Assembly: GCA_041671225.1 (NCBI GenBank)
Contig: JBAZBY010000001.1
Coordinates: forward strand, 897,130-961,129
DNA from: Patescibacteria group bacterium
Lineage (GTDB): Bacteria; Patescibacteriota; Patescibacteriia; JBAZBY01
Length of the DNA: 64,000 nt
Reading direction: 5' to 3'
The number at the start of each line of letters is the position of its first letter. The first letter of the stretch is position 1. The translations under genes were made by a program, and so were the position numbers. Shown here piece after piece: positions 9,610-18,928 of this stretch. The notes below the pieces were generated by a model. That model was given only the letters and a program-made list of their open reading frames with translations, made no database searches and was not told the origin of the DNA.

Positions 9610-10850
9610 GGTTGTGATGTGAGCCGCTCTGTCAAGAATTCCAACGCGGCATCACGCTGTGGATCGTTTTCTTCAGTATAATCTTCATCTGTGAACTCGA
9701 CAAGTTGGTCAGGGGTAAGACCGTCTTTTTCAATCGTTCGGCCATCAGGAGTAAGCCATTCTGCAACGGTAAGCTTCAGCGAAGAACCACCAGAAAGACC
9801 CTCAAACTCCTGTACGGTGCCTTTTCCAAATGTTTGCGTACCAATAATGGTTGCTGTTTCATAATCCTGCAGGGCACCGGCAAGGATCTCTGCCGCGGAG
9901 GCTGTTCCTTGATTGACAAGCACAACAACAACTTTGCCGGAAAAACTCACAGGTTGATTACTGGTGAAGGATTCCTGCGTACCATCCGCTGCTTGTTCAA
10001 GGACGATCACTTGTTCCCCGACAAAATGCCCTGCAATATTAATTGCCATATCAAGAAGACCGCCGGGATTATTACGAAGATCCAAAAGGATGCCATCAGG
10101 GTTCTGCAAAAGAATCTCTGCAACAACATCATCAAACTCGCGGTCGCTGTCACGGGTAAACGTCGAGAGCGTAATTTCTGCAATAGTACCGCTGTTCTCG
10201 GGCAAGGTGACCATCTCCCAAATAACACTTGGAACGATAATAATATCCCTCGTAATGGGAACATCGATTGTTTCTGTGCCGCGACCAAGAGTAAGGATCA
10301 CGTCAGTCCCCCGTTCTCCACGAATAAGCTGCACCGCCTCATCAACAGAAAGCATTGCAGCATTTGTATCATCAATTGCAAGAATAACATCACCGGCAAG
10401 CACCCCGGCAGCTTGTGCTGGTGAACCATCAATGGGAGAAACGACCGTCAGTAGCTCATCGCGGTACCCGATCTCAATACCAATTCCTTCAAAAGTGCCT
10501 GAGAGCTCTTCTTCAAACGCTTCTGTTTCTGCTGGAGGAAAAAAGGTGGAATAGGGGTCACCGATGCTTTCTACGAGCCCAGAAGCTGCTCCATAAAGCA
10601 AATCCGACTGATCCACTGGCGCATGGAGATAATTCTCTTGTATGCGGCCTACGATCGCTTCAAGAAGCCCTGGATCAACGGTACTGCCCCCAAATGCCCG
10701 ATCAAGCGCTGACGCAAGAAGGCTAGATCCGTTTTCAGATGTACGGTGCTGACCAAACCAAAAGCCACCCGCAAAGATGACAACGGCGAGGAGGATCAAA
10801 ACAAAAACGGATTGCGAACGCGCCGGTGGACGCTGCTGCCCCTGCATCAT
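9606..10850 (-). CDS. ctpA: carboxyl-terminal processing protease (S41) with PDZ domain
   Basis: S41 signatures GILLDLRNNPGG and catalytic-Ser context GTASAAEILAG. N-terminal TM anchor and a PDZ region. Confidence 0.85.
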   Translation of the reverse strand: MMQGQQRPPARSQSVFVLILLAVVIFAGGFWFGQHRTSENGSSLLASALDRAFGGSTVDPGLLEAIVGRIQENYLHAPVDQSDLLYGAASGLVESIGDPYSTFFPPAETEAFEEELSGTFEGIGIEIGYRDELLTVVSPIDGSPAQAAGVLAGDVILAIDDTNAAMLSVDEAVQLIRGERGTDVILTLGRGTETIDVPITRDIIIVPSVIWEMVTLPENSGTIAEITLSTFTRDSDREFDDVVAEILLQNPDGILLDLRNNPGGLLDMAINIAGHFVGEQVIVLEQAADGTQESFTSNQPVSFSGKVVVVLVNQGTASAAEILAGALQDYETATIIGTQTFGKGTVQEFEGLSGGSSLKLTVAEWLTPDGRTIEKDGLTPDQLVEFTDEDYTEENDPQRDAALEFLTERLTSQP

Positions 10851-12103
10851 TGGTTATCCTCCGTGATATCCGCGCCAATTGCACGTAAACGCTCTGCAAT
10901 ATTGCTATACCCGCGCCCGATGATCTCACTCTCTTCAATCACCGACTCACCTTCTGCAAGTAAGCTGGCAATGAGCAATGTAATGCCCGCTCGAAGGTCC
11001 AATGACTTGATATGAGTGCCAAAAAGCTCTGTCTTCCCCTCAATGAGTAAGCGATGAGGGTCGGCCTGAATAACACGTGCACCCATTTTTCGCAGTTCTG
11101 CCGCGTAGCCAAAACGTCCTTCATACATCGGATCATGAATAAGTGAAAGACCCTGCGCCTGCGTTGCGAGAACGCCAAAAGGCGCCTGTAGGTCTGTCGG
11201 AAAACCCGGATACGGACCAGTCCAAACCTTGAAAGACGAAAGGTCGCCGCCGCTTTGAATGGTCATACGGTTTCCCTTGAGGGTAAAAGGAACGCCAAGA
11301 GTATGCAGTTTATAAAGCACCGCTGTCATGTGCTCTGGGATAACAGGAGAAAGTTCCAGCTTCTTCGCAAGTAAAGCGCCAAGGACGGCAAAGGTTCCTA
11401 CCTCGATCGTATCAGGGATGATCGCATATTCAGCGCCATGTAATTTCTTCACTCCCTCAACGCTCAATTCGTGGGTACCGATGCCGCGAATGCGCGCGCC
11501 GCATGCATTAAGAAAATTACAGAGATCCTGCACATGGGGCTCAGCAGCTGCTTGTAATATATTTGTCTCCCCCTTGGCAAGGACTGCTGCCATCACAGCA
11601 TTCTCAGTTGCAGTCACGCTGAACTCAGGAAGGATGATTGTCCCGCTCGAAGGGCGCTTCATGGTAAAGGAATACATTTCCCCATCCTTCTTCACTTTAC
11701 CGCCAAATTGTTCAACAACGGCAATATGCGCATCAAGAGATCTGTTACCGATATTGCACCCGCCTGGTTCAGGAATCGTGAGCTCTCCGAAACGGGCAAG
11801 CAACGGCCCAATCAGTAATACGGAAGAGCGCATGCTCTTTACCTTCTGCTGATCAAGTGCGGTAGGATCGATATGGGCCGCAGAAAGCACAAGAGAATCT
11901 CCCTCGTGCTGCACTGCCACACCAAGGCTTTCAAGGAGTTCGAGGAGTTTACGGACATCAGTGATGTCTGGTACATTATGCACGCGCACCTCATCACCCA
12001 CAAGGAGCGTCGCGGCAAGGATCGGGGTTGCAGCATTCTTCATTCCTGCAATGGAAATGGAGCCTGAAAGCTGCTTCTTACCGGTGATTGTCATTGTTGC
12101 CAT
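10847..12103 (-). CDS. murA: UDP-N-acetylglucosamine 1-carboxyvinyltransferase
   Basis: 418 aa with the EPSP-synthase fold and MurA-type motifs (LLVGDEVRVHNVPDI..., KGETNILQAAAEPHVQDL). Confidence 0.9.
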   Translation of the reverse strand: MATMTITGKKQLSGSISIAGMKNAATPILAATLLVGDEVRVHNVPDITDVRKLLELLESLGVAVQHEGDSLVLSAAHIDPTALDQQKVKSMRSSVLLIGPLLARFGELTIPEPGGCNIGNRSLDAHIAVVEQFGGKVKKDGEMYSFTMKRPSSGTIILPEFSVTATENAVMAAVLAKGETNILQAAAEPHVQDLCNFLNACGARIRGIGTHELSVEGVKKLHGAEYAIIPDTIEVGTFAVLGALLAKKLELSPVIPEHMTAVLYKLHTLGVPFTLKGNRMTIQSGGDLSSFKVWTGPYPGFPTDLQAPFGVLATQAQGLSLIHDPMYEGRFGYAAELRKMGARVIQADPHRLLIEGKTELFGTHIKSLDLRAGITLLIASLLAEGESVIEESEIIGRGYSNIAERLRAIGADITEDNQ

Positions 12104-12146
12104 ACCGCTGTAGTGTACGGTACAGATTCCTCTTCGTCAACGAAAC

Positions 12147-13526
12147 ATGGCCTTCATTATCACACACAGTAGAACACTCTATTACCTCGCAATGATCCTC
12201 CTTTTTGTGGTGCTTGCGCCATTGGTTGTGTTGTATGCGCAGGGATACCGTCTGGATGCTCATGAAGGCAGAATCGTCCAAACCGGCGTACTTGTTCTTA
12301 CTTCAGAGCCGTCACGAGCGTCCGTGAGTCTTAATGGAGAAAAACAAGCTGAGCATACAACCTCAGAAATCAACGCCATACGTACTGGGACGTACACGGT
12401 GACCGTTGCAAAGGACGGTTTCATTCCATGGGAAAAGGAACTGGCCGTTCTGCCTGGGCGTTCGACAATTGCGGATGACATCGTGCTCTTCCGAAAAGAC
12501 AGCACCATGGAAGACATGCTTCTTCATGATGATCTTGTCGCCGGCACGGCCCTACCAGGAAATCGCTTTCTTCTCACAACTCAAGAAGGGAATACTGCGA
12601 ATCTCTACTACTGGTTCACGCCTCATGAAGAGCCGATCCTGCTCACGACACAAAAAGGCACCATGGCCATCATGGATGTGCATGAAGGCGCTCAACAAGT
12701 ACTGCTCAAATTCGAACACGACGGGCTCGTCCGCTACGCTGTGGGAAATCTCGCACCCTATGCCGGAACAAACTCACCCCCGCGTGAACCGCTAGCACTC
12801 CTTCCATTGGATACATTGCTCCCGCCATCACCAGACGAGATTGCCTGGGATCTGCGCGACAGCACTCTTCTCTGGATATTAAAAGGCGGCACGCTCTCAC
12901 GACTTGATCTCTTCACAGAAGAACTCACTTCCATAAAAGGCACAACAAAAAATATTCTTGCGAACGCTACGGGGTTGCTCCGCGTGGTTGAAGAAGATGG
13001 AACCACGCGTATTGAAAAAAATAGCCGTGATGATTTTCAAACTCTTTTCACGATCAACGATACAGGCTTCACGCTTCTTAATGAGAAAAACAAGATCTTT
13101 ACGCTAAGTACTGCAAGAGAAACCGCTCTCTATGATGTCCCGCGCCCGGATGTTATTCGCAAGGAGGTTATAGGTGGCCCGGCACAAGACGCCGTCTGGC
13201 AGGGTAATCGTTACATCCTTTTGACCACCACAATTGGTATTGAAGTATACGACCGCACAACCCGCGCACGCACGCAACTTGGCCGCTTTGGCAATTCACT
13301 CCGCGACGTGCAGTGGTACGCAAATAATGCATATGTAGCATATATGCAAAATGGCCGCGCAACGATCGTTGAGATCGATCAGCGAGATAAGCGCAATGGC
13401 ATTGCACTCTCCGTGCCGGATACAACGCGTTTACTGGGTTTTTCGACGGACGAAAAATTCGCCTGGTTCCTTGCCGGCACCGATGGCGTGATTCCCGGGC
13501 GCTTTTGGGCCGTACGATTGCGTTAA
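12147..13526 (+). CDS. PEGA-domain membrane-anchored protein
   Basis: N-terminal TM, then a PEGA-like beta-sandwich (SRASVSLNGEKQ...GTYTVTVAKDGFIPWEKEL), then a long beta-rich domain. Its stop shares the TTAA with the convergent rmlA stop. Confidence 0.5.
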   Translation: MAFIITHSRTLYYLAMILLFVVLAPLVVLYAQGYRLDAHEGRIVQTGVLVLTSEPSRASVSLNGEKQAEHTTSEINAIRTGTYTVTVAKDGFIPWEKELAVLPGRSTIADDIVLFRKDSTMEDMLLHDDLVAGTALPGNRFLLTTQEGNTANLYYWFTPHEEPILLTTQKGTMAIMDVHEGAQQVLLKFEHDGLVRYAVGNLAPYAGTNSPPREPLALLPLDTLLPPSPDEIAWDLRDSTLLWILKGGTLSRLDLFTEELTSIKGTTKNILANATGLLRVVEEDGTTRIEKNSRDDFQTLFTINDTGFTLLNEKNKIFTLSTARETALYDVPRPDVIRKEVIGGPAQDAVWQGNRYILLTTTIGIEVYDRTTRARTQLGRFGNSLRDVQWYANNAYVAYMQNGRATIVEIDQRDKRNGIALSVPDTTRLLGFSTDEKFAWFLAGTDGVIPGRFWAVRLR

Positions 13527-14248
13527 TTCTTCTTGCGGAATTCCGCGGCAAGACGTCCTGCTTCAAGCAAGCTATCAAACGACTCCCCGCCATCACCCCA
13601 CCATCCCTCAAGAATGGAATACGTTAACGCCTGCTTCTCAAGATACCACTGATTGACATCAGTGATTTCAAGCTCACCGCGCGCTGACGGTTTGAGTGTT
13701 TTTACGAACTCAAAGATCGTCGCATCATAGCAGTACACGCCAATGACCGCGAGATTTGAAACATACTCCTTTGGTTTCTCGACAATACGCACGATCTTGC
13801 CGTTTTGCACTTCAGCAACGCCGAGCTGCTCAGGATGTTCCACTTCCTTCAAAAATATTCTTGCACCAGAACCCTGCGCTTCATATTCCTTAAACGCATC
13901 AGAAAGATCGGCTGCAAAAATATTGTCCCCAAGATGCACCACGAATGGCTCGCCATCAACAAAACGCTCAGCAAGCGCTACCGCGCCGGCAATACCGCTC
14001 GCCTCTTCCTGAATGTCATACATAAAACGCGCTCCAAATTCCTTGCCCGAACCGAGAAGATTCAAAAAGTGCCCTGCGTGCCCGGGGCCCGAAATAATAA
14101 GAATATCTTTAACGCCGGCAGCAACAAGCTTTTCAATGGGGTAATAAATCATCGGCTTGTCGTAGACCGGCAAGAGATGTTTGTTGGTGACTTTTGTGAG
14201 CGGAGCGAGCCGCGAACCAGTGCCGCCTGCAAGGATAACGCCTTTCAT
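13523..14248 (-). CDS. rmlA: glucose-1-phosphate thymidylyltransferase (short form)
   Basis: MKGVILAGGTGSRLAPLT...KPMIYYPIEKL... is the nucleotidyltransferase signature. It sits next to rmlD and rmlB. Confidence 0.85.
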   Translation of the reverse strand: MKGVILAGGTGSRLAPLTKVTNKHLLPVYDKPMIYYPIEKLVAAGVKDILIISGPGHAGHFLNLLGSGKEFGARFMYDIQEEASGIAGAVALAERFVDGEPFVVHLGDNIFAADLSDAFKEYEAQGSGARIFLKEVEHPEQLGVAEVQNGKIVRIVEKPKEYVSNLAVIGVYCYDATIFEFVKTLKPSARGELEITDVNQWYLEKQALTYSILEGWWGDGGESFDSLLEAGRLAAEFRKKN

Positions 14249-14255
14249 AAAGAGT

Positions 14256-14322
14256 TTGTAGTTGGTAGTTTATAGTTGGTAGGAAGAATAAGAATATATT
14301 TTACAACCTACCACCTACAACC
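14256..14322. repeat. heptad (TTGTAGG / CCTACAA) tandem repeats arranged as an imperfect palindrome at the rmlD-rmlA junction
   Basis: TTGTAGTTGGTAGTTTATAGTTGGTAGG (14256-14283), a 20-nt AT-rich spacer, then CAACCTACCACCTACAACC (14304-14322; the latter encodes the RmlD C-terminus). A related CCTACAACCTACAACC copy lies at 16203-16218 upstream of rmlB. Confidence 0.4.
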
Positions 14323-15197
14323 TTTGTTAAATATCTTGCCAATGCATCTTCCCACTCAGGGAGTGGATTTATCTTTATATTTTTCAGTTTTGTATTGTTC
14401 AGTACGGAATACTGCGGTCGCTGTGCCGGGCGCGGGAATGCATCTGAGAATACCTCCTCAAGCGGTGCATGTGTCCCGAGCAATGCCTGAATTTTCTGTG
14501 CAAATCCAAACCAAGAAACGCGTCCACTGTTCACAAGATGATAAATGCCGGAAGGTGCTGCTTTTGCGAGTAACAGAAGCGTTGCATCTACAAGGTCTGA
14601 CGTGTACGTTGGGCTCCCCTCTTGGTCGCCCACAACGCGCAGTGCCTCTCCACTTTCCATCTTTTTGCGCATGGTGTCAACAAAATTCTTCCCATTCGGC
14701 CCATAGAGCCACGCGGTGCGGATAAGGAGGTAATTATCGGTCTCTTCTTGCACTGCCTGCTCGCCAGCGAGCTTTGAACGGCCATATGCGTTCAGAGGCT
14801 TTGGCTGTGCATCCTCCGCATACCCATGTGCATTCTGACCATCAAAAATGTAATCAGTACTAAAATGCACCAGACGAGCACCGATTTTTTTTGCTGCTGC
14901 GGCAAGGGCACGCACTCCTTCTCCATTCACCTTGTTTGCAACATCCTCATGCTCTTCTGCACCGTCAACATCCGTGTATGCCGCACAATTAATAACAACT
15001 CCGGGATGATACGTCTCCAAAATCTTTTCAACCGCTCCCTTCTTTGTGAGATCAGCTTGCGCACCACTAAAAAATAGCGCTTCGGGTAAAGCACGAACAA
15101 ACATACTCCCAAGCATGCCCGTTGCGCCAAAAATAACTGTTGGACGAACAGGCTTACCGTTGTTCGTATTGCTGTTTATAGTAGTCAAGATACGCAC
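14301..15197 (-). CDS. rmlD: dTDP-4-dehydrorhamnose reductase
   Basis: RmlD-like Rossmann N-terminus (TVIFGATGMLGS) and the YTD...NCAAYT pattern. The ORF track extends to 15338, but that would overlap rmlB by 184 nt. The likely start is an internal GTG (15197) or TTG (15188). Confidence 0.8.
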   Translation of the reverse strand: MRILTTINSNTNNGKPVRPTVIFGATGMLGSMFVRALPEALFFSGAQADLTKKGAVEKILETYHPGVVINCAAYTDVDGAEEHEDVANKVNGEGVRALAAAAKKIGARLVHFSTDYIFDGQNAHGYAEDAQPKPLNAYGRSKLAGEQAVQEETDNYLLIRTAWLYGPNGKNFVDTMRKKMESGEALRVVGDQEGSPTYTSDLVDATLLLLAKAAPSGIYHLVNSGRVSWFGFAQKIQALLGTHAPLEEVFSDAFPRPAQRPQYSVLNNTKLKNIKINPLPEWEDALARYLTKVVGGRL

Positions 15198-16161
15198 CGG
15201 TCTTAATTGGCTTCCACCAGTCTTCGTTTGCTTTATACCACTCAACAGTACGCTTGACGCCTTCCTCAAAGGACACGTCCGGTTTCCAATCCAATTTCTT
15301 GCGCAGCTTGCCTGAATCAATGGCGTAGCGAACATCATGCGCCGGACGATCCTTCACGTGTTCGATCATATCCTCACCAAGTTCAAGCAGCTCAAGGAGC
15401 TTTTGTGTGAATTCAATATTGTTAATGCGCTCGCCAGTCCCGATGTTATATGTTTGGCCCAGCTCTCCTTTTTCAAGAATAGTCAGAATAGCATGACAGT
15501 GATCCTCGGTATAAATCCACTCACGCACCTGCTTGCCATCGCCATAGACCGGAACCTTCTTGTCCTCCAACAAATTGGTGATAAAAAGCGGAATGAGCTT
15601 TTCAGGATACTGATACGGACCAAAAAAATTACAACTGTGCGTGATGATAGCCGGCACCTCAAACGTCTTGATGTATGCTTCGATCAAATGATCAGCGCCG
15701 GCTTTTGATGCAGAATACGGAGAAGAAGGCCGGAAGGCTGCCTCTTCATCTGTCTCGCCCTTTGGAACCGCGCCATAGACTTCATCTGTTGATATCTGAA
15801 TGAAGCGCGGAACCTTATGTCGCTTCACCGCTTCAAGCAATCGATACGTCCCGATAACATCGGTAAAAATAAACGCGTCCGGATCCAGAATCGACCGGTC
15901 CACATGCGTTTCTGCTGCGTAGTTTATGACAGCGTCAAATTGATGCGTAGCAAAAACCTCCTCAACCGCAATTTCATTCGCAATATCCCCCTGCACAAAA
16001 CGATAGCGAGGATCGTCTTCAAGATCTTTGAGGTTTGCGAGATTCCCCGCGTAGGTCAACTTGTCCAAATTCACGATTTCAATGTCTGGACGATGCTTGA
16101 GAAAATACCGGATCGCGTTTGATCCCATAAACCCCGCACCGCCTGTTAGTAGAATCTTCAT
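15154..16161 (-). CDS. rmlB: dTDP-glucose 4,6-dehydratase
   Basis: MKILLTGGAGFMGSN..., YSASKAGAD (the YxxxK motif), 335 aa. Confidence 0.9.
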   Translation of the reverse strand: MKILLTGGAGFMGSNAIRYFLKHRPDIEIVNLDKLTYAGNLANLKDLEDDPRYRFVQGDIANEIAVEEVFATHQFDAVINYAAETHVDRSILDPDAFIFTDVIGTYRLLEAVKRHKVPRFIQISTDEVYGAVPKGETDEEAAFRPSSPYSASKAGADHLIEAYIKTFEVPAIITHSCNFFGPYQYPEKLIPLFITNLLEDKKVPVYGDGKQVREWIYTEDHCHAILTILEKGELGQTYNIGTGERINNIEFTQKLLELLELGEDMIEHVKDRPAHDVRYAIDSGKLRKKLDWKPDVSFEEGVKRTVEWYKANEDWWKPIKTGAYLDYYKQQYEQR

Positions 16162-16224
16162 ATTGTTTAACTATGAATCTCTCTTTCTCTCTTTCCCCGC
16201 TTCCTACAACCTACAACCTTCTTT

Positions 16225-17481
16225 CTACGTCCCCATTCGCCACTCAGAAAGATAGGCCTTTTGTTCTGCTGTCAGTGTGTCAATTGCGACGCCCATTGTC
16301 TTCAGTTTTGTGCGTGCGATCTGTTGATCAAGCTTCTCAGGAATGCGGTATACCTTTGGTTCCAGGGTCTTGTGATGCTTCACGATATATTCTGCCCCAA
16401 GTGATTGATTCGCAAAACTCATATCCATCACCGATGCCGGGTGACCTTCTGCAGTAGCAAGGTTCACCAAGCGCCCCTCTGCAATGACAATGACCTTGTG
16501 TTTTGCGGTGAGCGTGTATTCAACAACCTGCGGGCGGAGCTCTTCGCTCTTCTTTGCCGCCTTCTTCAGGCTCTTCATGTCGATCTCAACGTCAAAGTGG
16601 CCGGAATTCGCGACGATTGCACCGTTCTTCATCTTCTTGAAGTGTTCCATGCGAATGACATGAATGTCCCCCGTCAAAGTGACAAAGACGTCGCCAATTG
16701 TTGCGGCCTTGCTCATTGGCATCACCTGATACCCATCCATCTTCGCTTCAAGCGCCTTCACAGGGTCTACCTCTGTGACCACGACATGCGCACCGAGCCC
16801 GTCCGCGCGCATGGCCATACCGCGTCCGCACCATCCATACCCTAAAACAACGACCGTCTTGCCAGCAATGAGCAGATTCGTGGCGCGGATGATGCCGTCC
16901 ATGGTGCTTTGACCAGTGCCGTAGCGGTTATCAAAAAAATGTTTGGTATCTGAATCATTCACGGCAATAACCGGCAATTTCAACGCGCCTTCTTTCTCCA
17001 TACTCTTTAATCGAATAACGCCGGTTGTTGTTTCTTCCGTTGAACCCCAAAGCCCCGCTGCTGCGTCTTTGCGTTTTGAATGAAGCAGCGAAACAAGGTC
17101 AGCGCCGTCATCCTGGGTGATGTGCGGCTTTTGATCCAGCACGGCGTTCAAATGGCGGTAATAACGCGCTCGTCCTTCACCATTCACGGCAAAAACGGGA
17201 ATACGATCATGTTTGACCAATGATGCCGCAACATCATCCTGCGTTGAAAGCGGATTCGATGCTGCAAGCATGACCTGCGCCCCGCCGGCCTTCAGCGTGC
17301 GCATGAGGTTTGCTGTTTCTGAGGTAACGTGCAGACATGCAGAAAGACGCACGCCTTTGAGCGGCTTCTCTTTTGCAAAGCGTTCACGGATCTCGCGCAA
17401 CACTGGCATTTCACGCTCAGCCCAATCAATGCGCTTCTTCCCCGCTGCAGCGAGCTTCAGTGATGCAATGTCATACTTCAT
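16225..17481 (-). CDS. ahcY: adenosylhomocysteinase
   Basis: 418 aa. NAD-binding and catalytic motifs of SAH hydrolase ([20 protein letters not shown]). Confidence 0.95.
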   Translation of the reverse strand: MKYDIASLKLAAAGKKRIDWAEREMPVLREIRERFAKEKPLKGVRLSACLHVTSETANLMRTLKAGGAQVMLAASNPLSTQDDVAASLVKHDRIPVFAVNGEGRARYYRHLNAVLDQKPHITQDDGADLVSLLHSKRKDAAAGLWGSTEETTTGVIRLKSMEKEGALKLPVIAVNDSDTKHFFDNRYGTGQSTMDGIIRATNLLIAGKTVVVLGYGWCGRGMAMRADGLGAHVVVTEVDPVKALEAKMDGYQVMPMSKAATIGDVFVTLTGDIHVIRMEHFKKMKNGAIVANSGHFDVEIDMKSLKKAAKKSEELRPQVVEYTLTAKHKVIVIAEGRLVNLATAEGHPASVMDMSFANQSLGAEYIVKHHKTLEPKVYRIPEKLDQQIARTKLKTMGVAIDTLTAEQKAYLSEWRMGT

Positions 17482-18416
17482 AACGATGTCTTGAATTGTT
17501 GTTTATATCGACGCTGCAATGCTGCAAACGTAAAGTGATGTTCTTGCGTGCCGTGCTTCTCAACGGCATATGCTGCAACCGTTGCCGCAAGGCGTCCGAG
17601 TTTTTCCGGCGCAAAATCCTCAAGCAGTCCATAGATGAGTCCTGCGCGATATGCGTCTCCTGCGCCTGTTGGATCCACGGCTTTTGCAACGCGCACAGCG
17701 GGAATGCGCATCAGATTCTTGCGGGAAGCGAATTCTGAACCGTGCGGGCCAAAGGTCGTAACAAGCGTACCCACTTTTCCCAGTAGTGCCATCCGAGAAA
17801 GCTTTGCATGCTTCAAAAGCAATCCGAGTTCATAATCATTGACAATGACCATGCCCGCGCCAGAGATCATGCGACGCAACTCCGTGGTATGAAATGTTGG
17901 CAGTTGTTGCCCAGGATCAAAGATATAAGGAACTGCGCGCTTTGCCGCGGCACGCGCAATACGCAGCATATCAGTTTTATTCCCTGGCGCAATGTGAATG
18001 ATATCGTGTTTTTTGAATATCGGTAATGCCTTTCGCAAGGGTTGCATCATTGCGCCAATGACGAATCCGGCAAGCTGATTGTCATCACGATCGGTGAAAA
18101 TGTTCGCCTGCGCGGTCAGATCATCCTTCATGATCTCCACATATTGCATGGAAATACCCTGCGCAGTCAGCCACGCGCGGTATGGCGCAAAATCGTTCCC
18201 AACAACGCCCAAAAGATATGAACGCTTACCAAGAAGGGAAAGAGAATAGGCGATATTCCCTGCTGTCCCGCCGCGTCGCTCATACGCCCGTTCAACGGCA
18301 AAACTCAGTGAAAGAACGTGGAGCTTCTTGGGGTCGATGTGCTTTGCAAACTGCCCGGGAAAAGAAAAAATGCGGTCGTATGCGAGCGACCCTTCAATAT
18401 AAACGCGCCGTGTCAT
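17478..18416 (-). CDS. PfkB-family sugar/nucleoside kinase, probably adenosine kinase
   Basis: PfkB signatures GGTAGNIAY and DPTGAGDAY. The start at MTRRVY gives an ATGA overlap with the rmlC stop (alternative upstream ATG at 18434). ATGA overlap with the ahcY start. Confidence 0.7.
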   Translation of the reverse strand: MTRRVYIEGSLAYDRIFSFPGQFAKHIDPKKLHVLSLSFAVERAYERRGGTAGNIAYSLSLLGKRSYLLGVVGNDFAPYRAWLTAQGISMQYVEIMKDDLTAQANIFTDRDDNQLAGFVIGAMMQPLRKALPIFKKHDIIHIAPGNKTDMLRIARAAAKRAVPYIFDPGQQLPTFHTTELRRMISGAGMVIVNDYELGLLLKHAKLSRMALLGKVGTLVTTFGPHGSEFASRKNLMRIPAVRVAKAVDPTGAGDAYRAGLIYGLLEDFAPEKLGRLAATVAAYAVEKHGTQEHHFTFAALQRRYKQQFKTSL

Positions 18417-18895
18417 GTATGGATCTCCTCCCAATCGTATCCAATGGTTGGATCATTGTGCGGGATGCGTTCTTCGTCCGGCGCAGCGGCATTGTACGGC
18501 TCTGTGGTGTGGTAAAAAAGAATCACGGGTTCTTCTGAAAGCACTTTGTAACCGTGCGCAACGCCAATGGGAATCACGATCAATTTGTAATCCCCTTCAC
18601 CAGCAAGAATGGTATCTGTTTGTCCATGTGTTGGTGAATCTTCACGCGTGTCATAGAGCACCACCTGCGCTTTGCCGGTAGCGACAAACCAAAGGTCATC
18701 CTGGGTTTTGTGCCAATGGAAAGCCTTGATGGTTCCTTGATAGGCAATAGTCATCGTGGTCTGCCCAAATTTTTTGAGCAGATTCTCGTCCGCCCGAACC
18801 ACTTCCATAAGTACGCCAGGAGTAGGAACCACTTCCTGCGGGTCAATATGGTCCGGATGAACGGTGAGTTTTTTGATGATTACGCCATTGATCAT
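18413..18895 (-). CDS. rmlC: RmlC-family cupin, dTDP-4-dehydrorhamnose 3,5-epimerase-like
   Basis: It aligns by eye to E. coli RmlC: HWHK (catalytic H/K), DTREDSPTHGQ, IPIGVAHGYKVLSE, and conserved Y/W in the C-terminal half. Confidence 0.65.
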   Translation of the reverse strand: MINGVIIKKLTVHPDHIDPQEVVPTPGVLMEVVRADENLLKKFGQTTMTIAYQGTIKAFHWHKTQDDLWFVATGKAQVVLYDTREDSPTHGQTDTILAGEGDYKLIVIPIGVAHGYKVLSEEPVILFYHTTEPYNAAAPDEERIPHNDPTIGYDWEEIHT

Positions 18896-18928
18896 GCTGA
18901 ATCAGAATACCAAGAATGAAACCCTTTT

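Noticed and set aside
9705-10554. 239-aa and 196-aa + strand ORFs antisense to ctpA
   Set aside because: They are entirely inside a confidently identified S41 protease gene and have Cys/Arg-rich nonsense-like composition.
11328-11852. 174-aa + strand ORF antisense to murA
   Set aside because: It is inside murA and has no recognisable motifs. This is a typical antisense ORF of a GC-balanced gene.
14301-15338. Full-length 345-aa version of the rmlD ORF
   Set aside because: The N-terminal 47 residues would overlap rmlB by 184 nt and are not RmlD-like. An internal GTG/TTG start (15197/15188) gives a 296-298-aa protein of normal RmlD length.
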